Origin: Octopus sinensis
Lineage: Eukaryota
NCBI RefSeq assembly: GCF_006345805.1
Contig: NC_042997.1
Coordinates: 204,352,001-204,416,000, forward strand
Direction of reading: 5' to 3'
DNA: 64,000 nucleotides
The position numbers and the translations under genes are program-made. Under the pieces are notes generated by a model, which searched no databases, was not told where the DNA came from, and worked only from the letters and a program-made list of their open reading frames with translations. Shown here in pieces: positions 63,513 through 64,000 of the stretch (its first letter is position 1; each line of letters starts with the position of its first letter).

Positions 63513-63691
63513 AATTATGGTTGTTGTCTGTGAAAGCATGAAGAGCTGTGTGATGGTATCCTTTCTCTTACATGAGTCATACATACACAAATATACTATG
63601 TGGTTTTATCCACACCCATATTTCACATGATTTTACATACATGTATCTGTTACACCTTTACCATACACACACACACATGCACACACACACA

Positions 63692-63731
<40 letters not shown>

Positions 63732-64000
63732 ATACAAACCTTCTCATACAAGTGTACATTATATGATTTCGCATGTGTGCATGTTATATAATTTTTACAT
63801 GTGCACACACATATCACATAATTTTACTTGCACACATATATGATTTTACCTATATACATATATTTCATGTTGCATATATACATATATTGTATGATTATAA
63901 ATACATGCATATATTACATGATTTTACATACCTATATTACATGATTTCTGAACATGCTCATACATTTCATAATTTTATGTATACATATATTACATGATTT

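Overview
AT-rich, microsatellite-dense animal genomic DNA. The SINE repertoire and (AC)/(TA)/(GAT) load are what I recognise from octopus-type cephalopod genomes; this is an inference, not a database result. One spliced protein-coding gene can be reconstructed on the + strand: 7 coding exons at about 23494-35242, five of six junctions with clear canonical phase-matched sites, 5' end not found. It encodes an acidic/basic low-complexity region followed by a C-terminal domain with two degenerate EF-hand-like helix-loop-helix units. The rest is mostly transposon debris: at least four SINE-like families, Penelope-like (PLE), RTE, CR1/L2-type and Tx1/L1-type LINE fragments, mariner, Tigger/pogo, Helitron and MITE elements. 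The most striking hidden layer is about ten type-I hammerhead-ribozyme motifs from several families, mostly within short fold-back (inverted-repeat) elements near (TA)n tracts. There is also a young 3.2-kb PLE/Tx1 chimeric fold-back element. Most entries in the ORF track are microsatellite or SINE read-through artefacts. All coordinates were read by eye and may be off by a few bases, more for degraded repeats.
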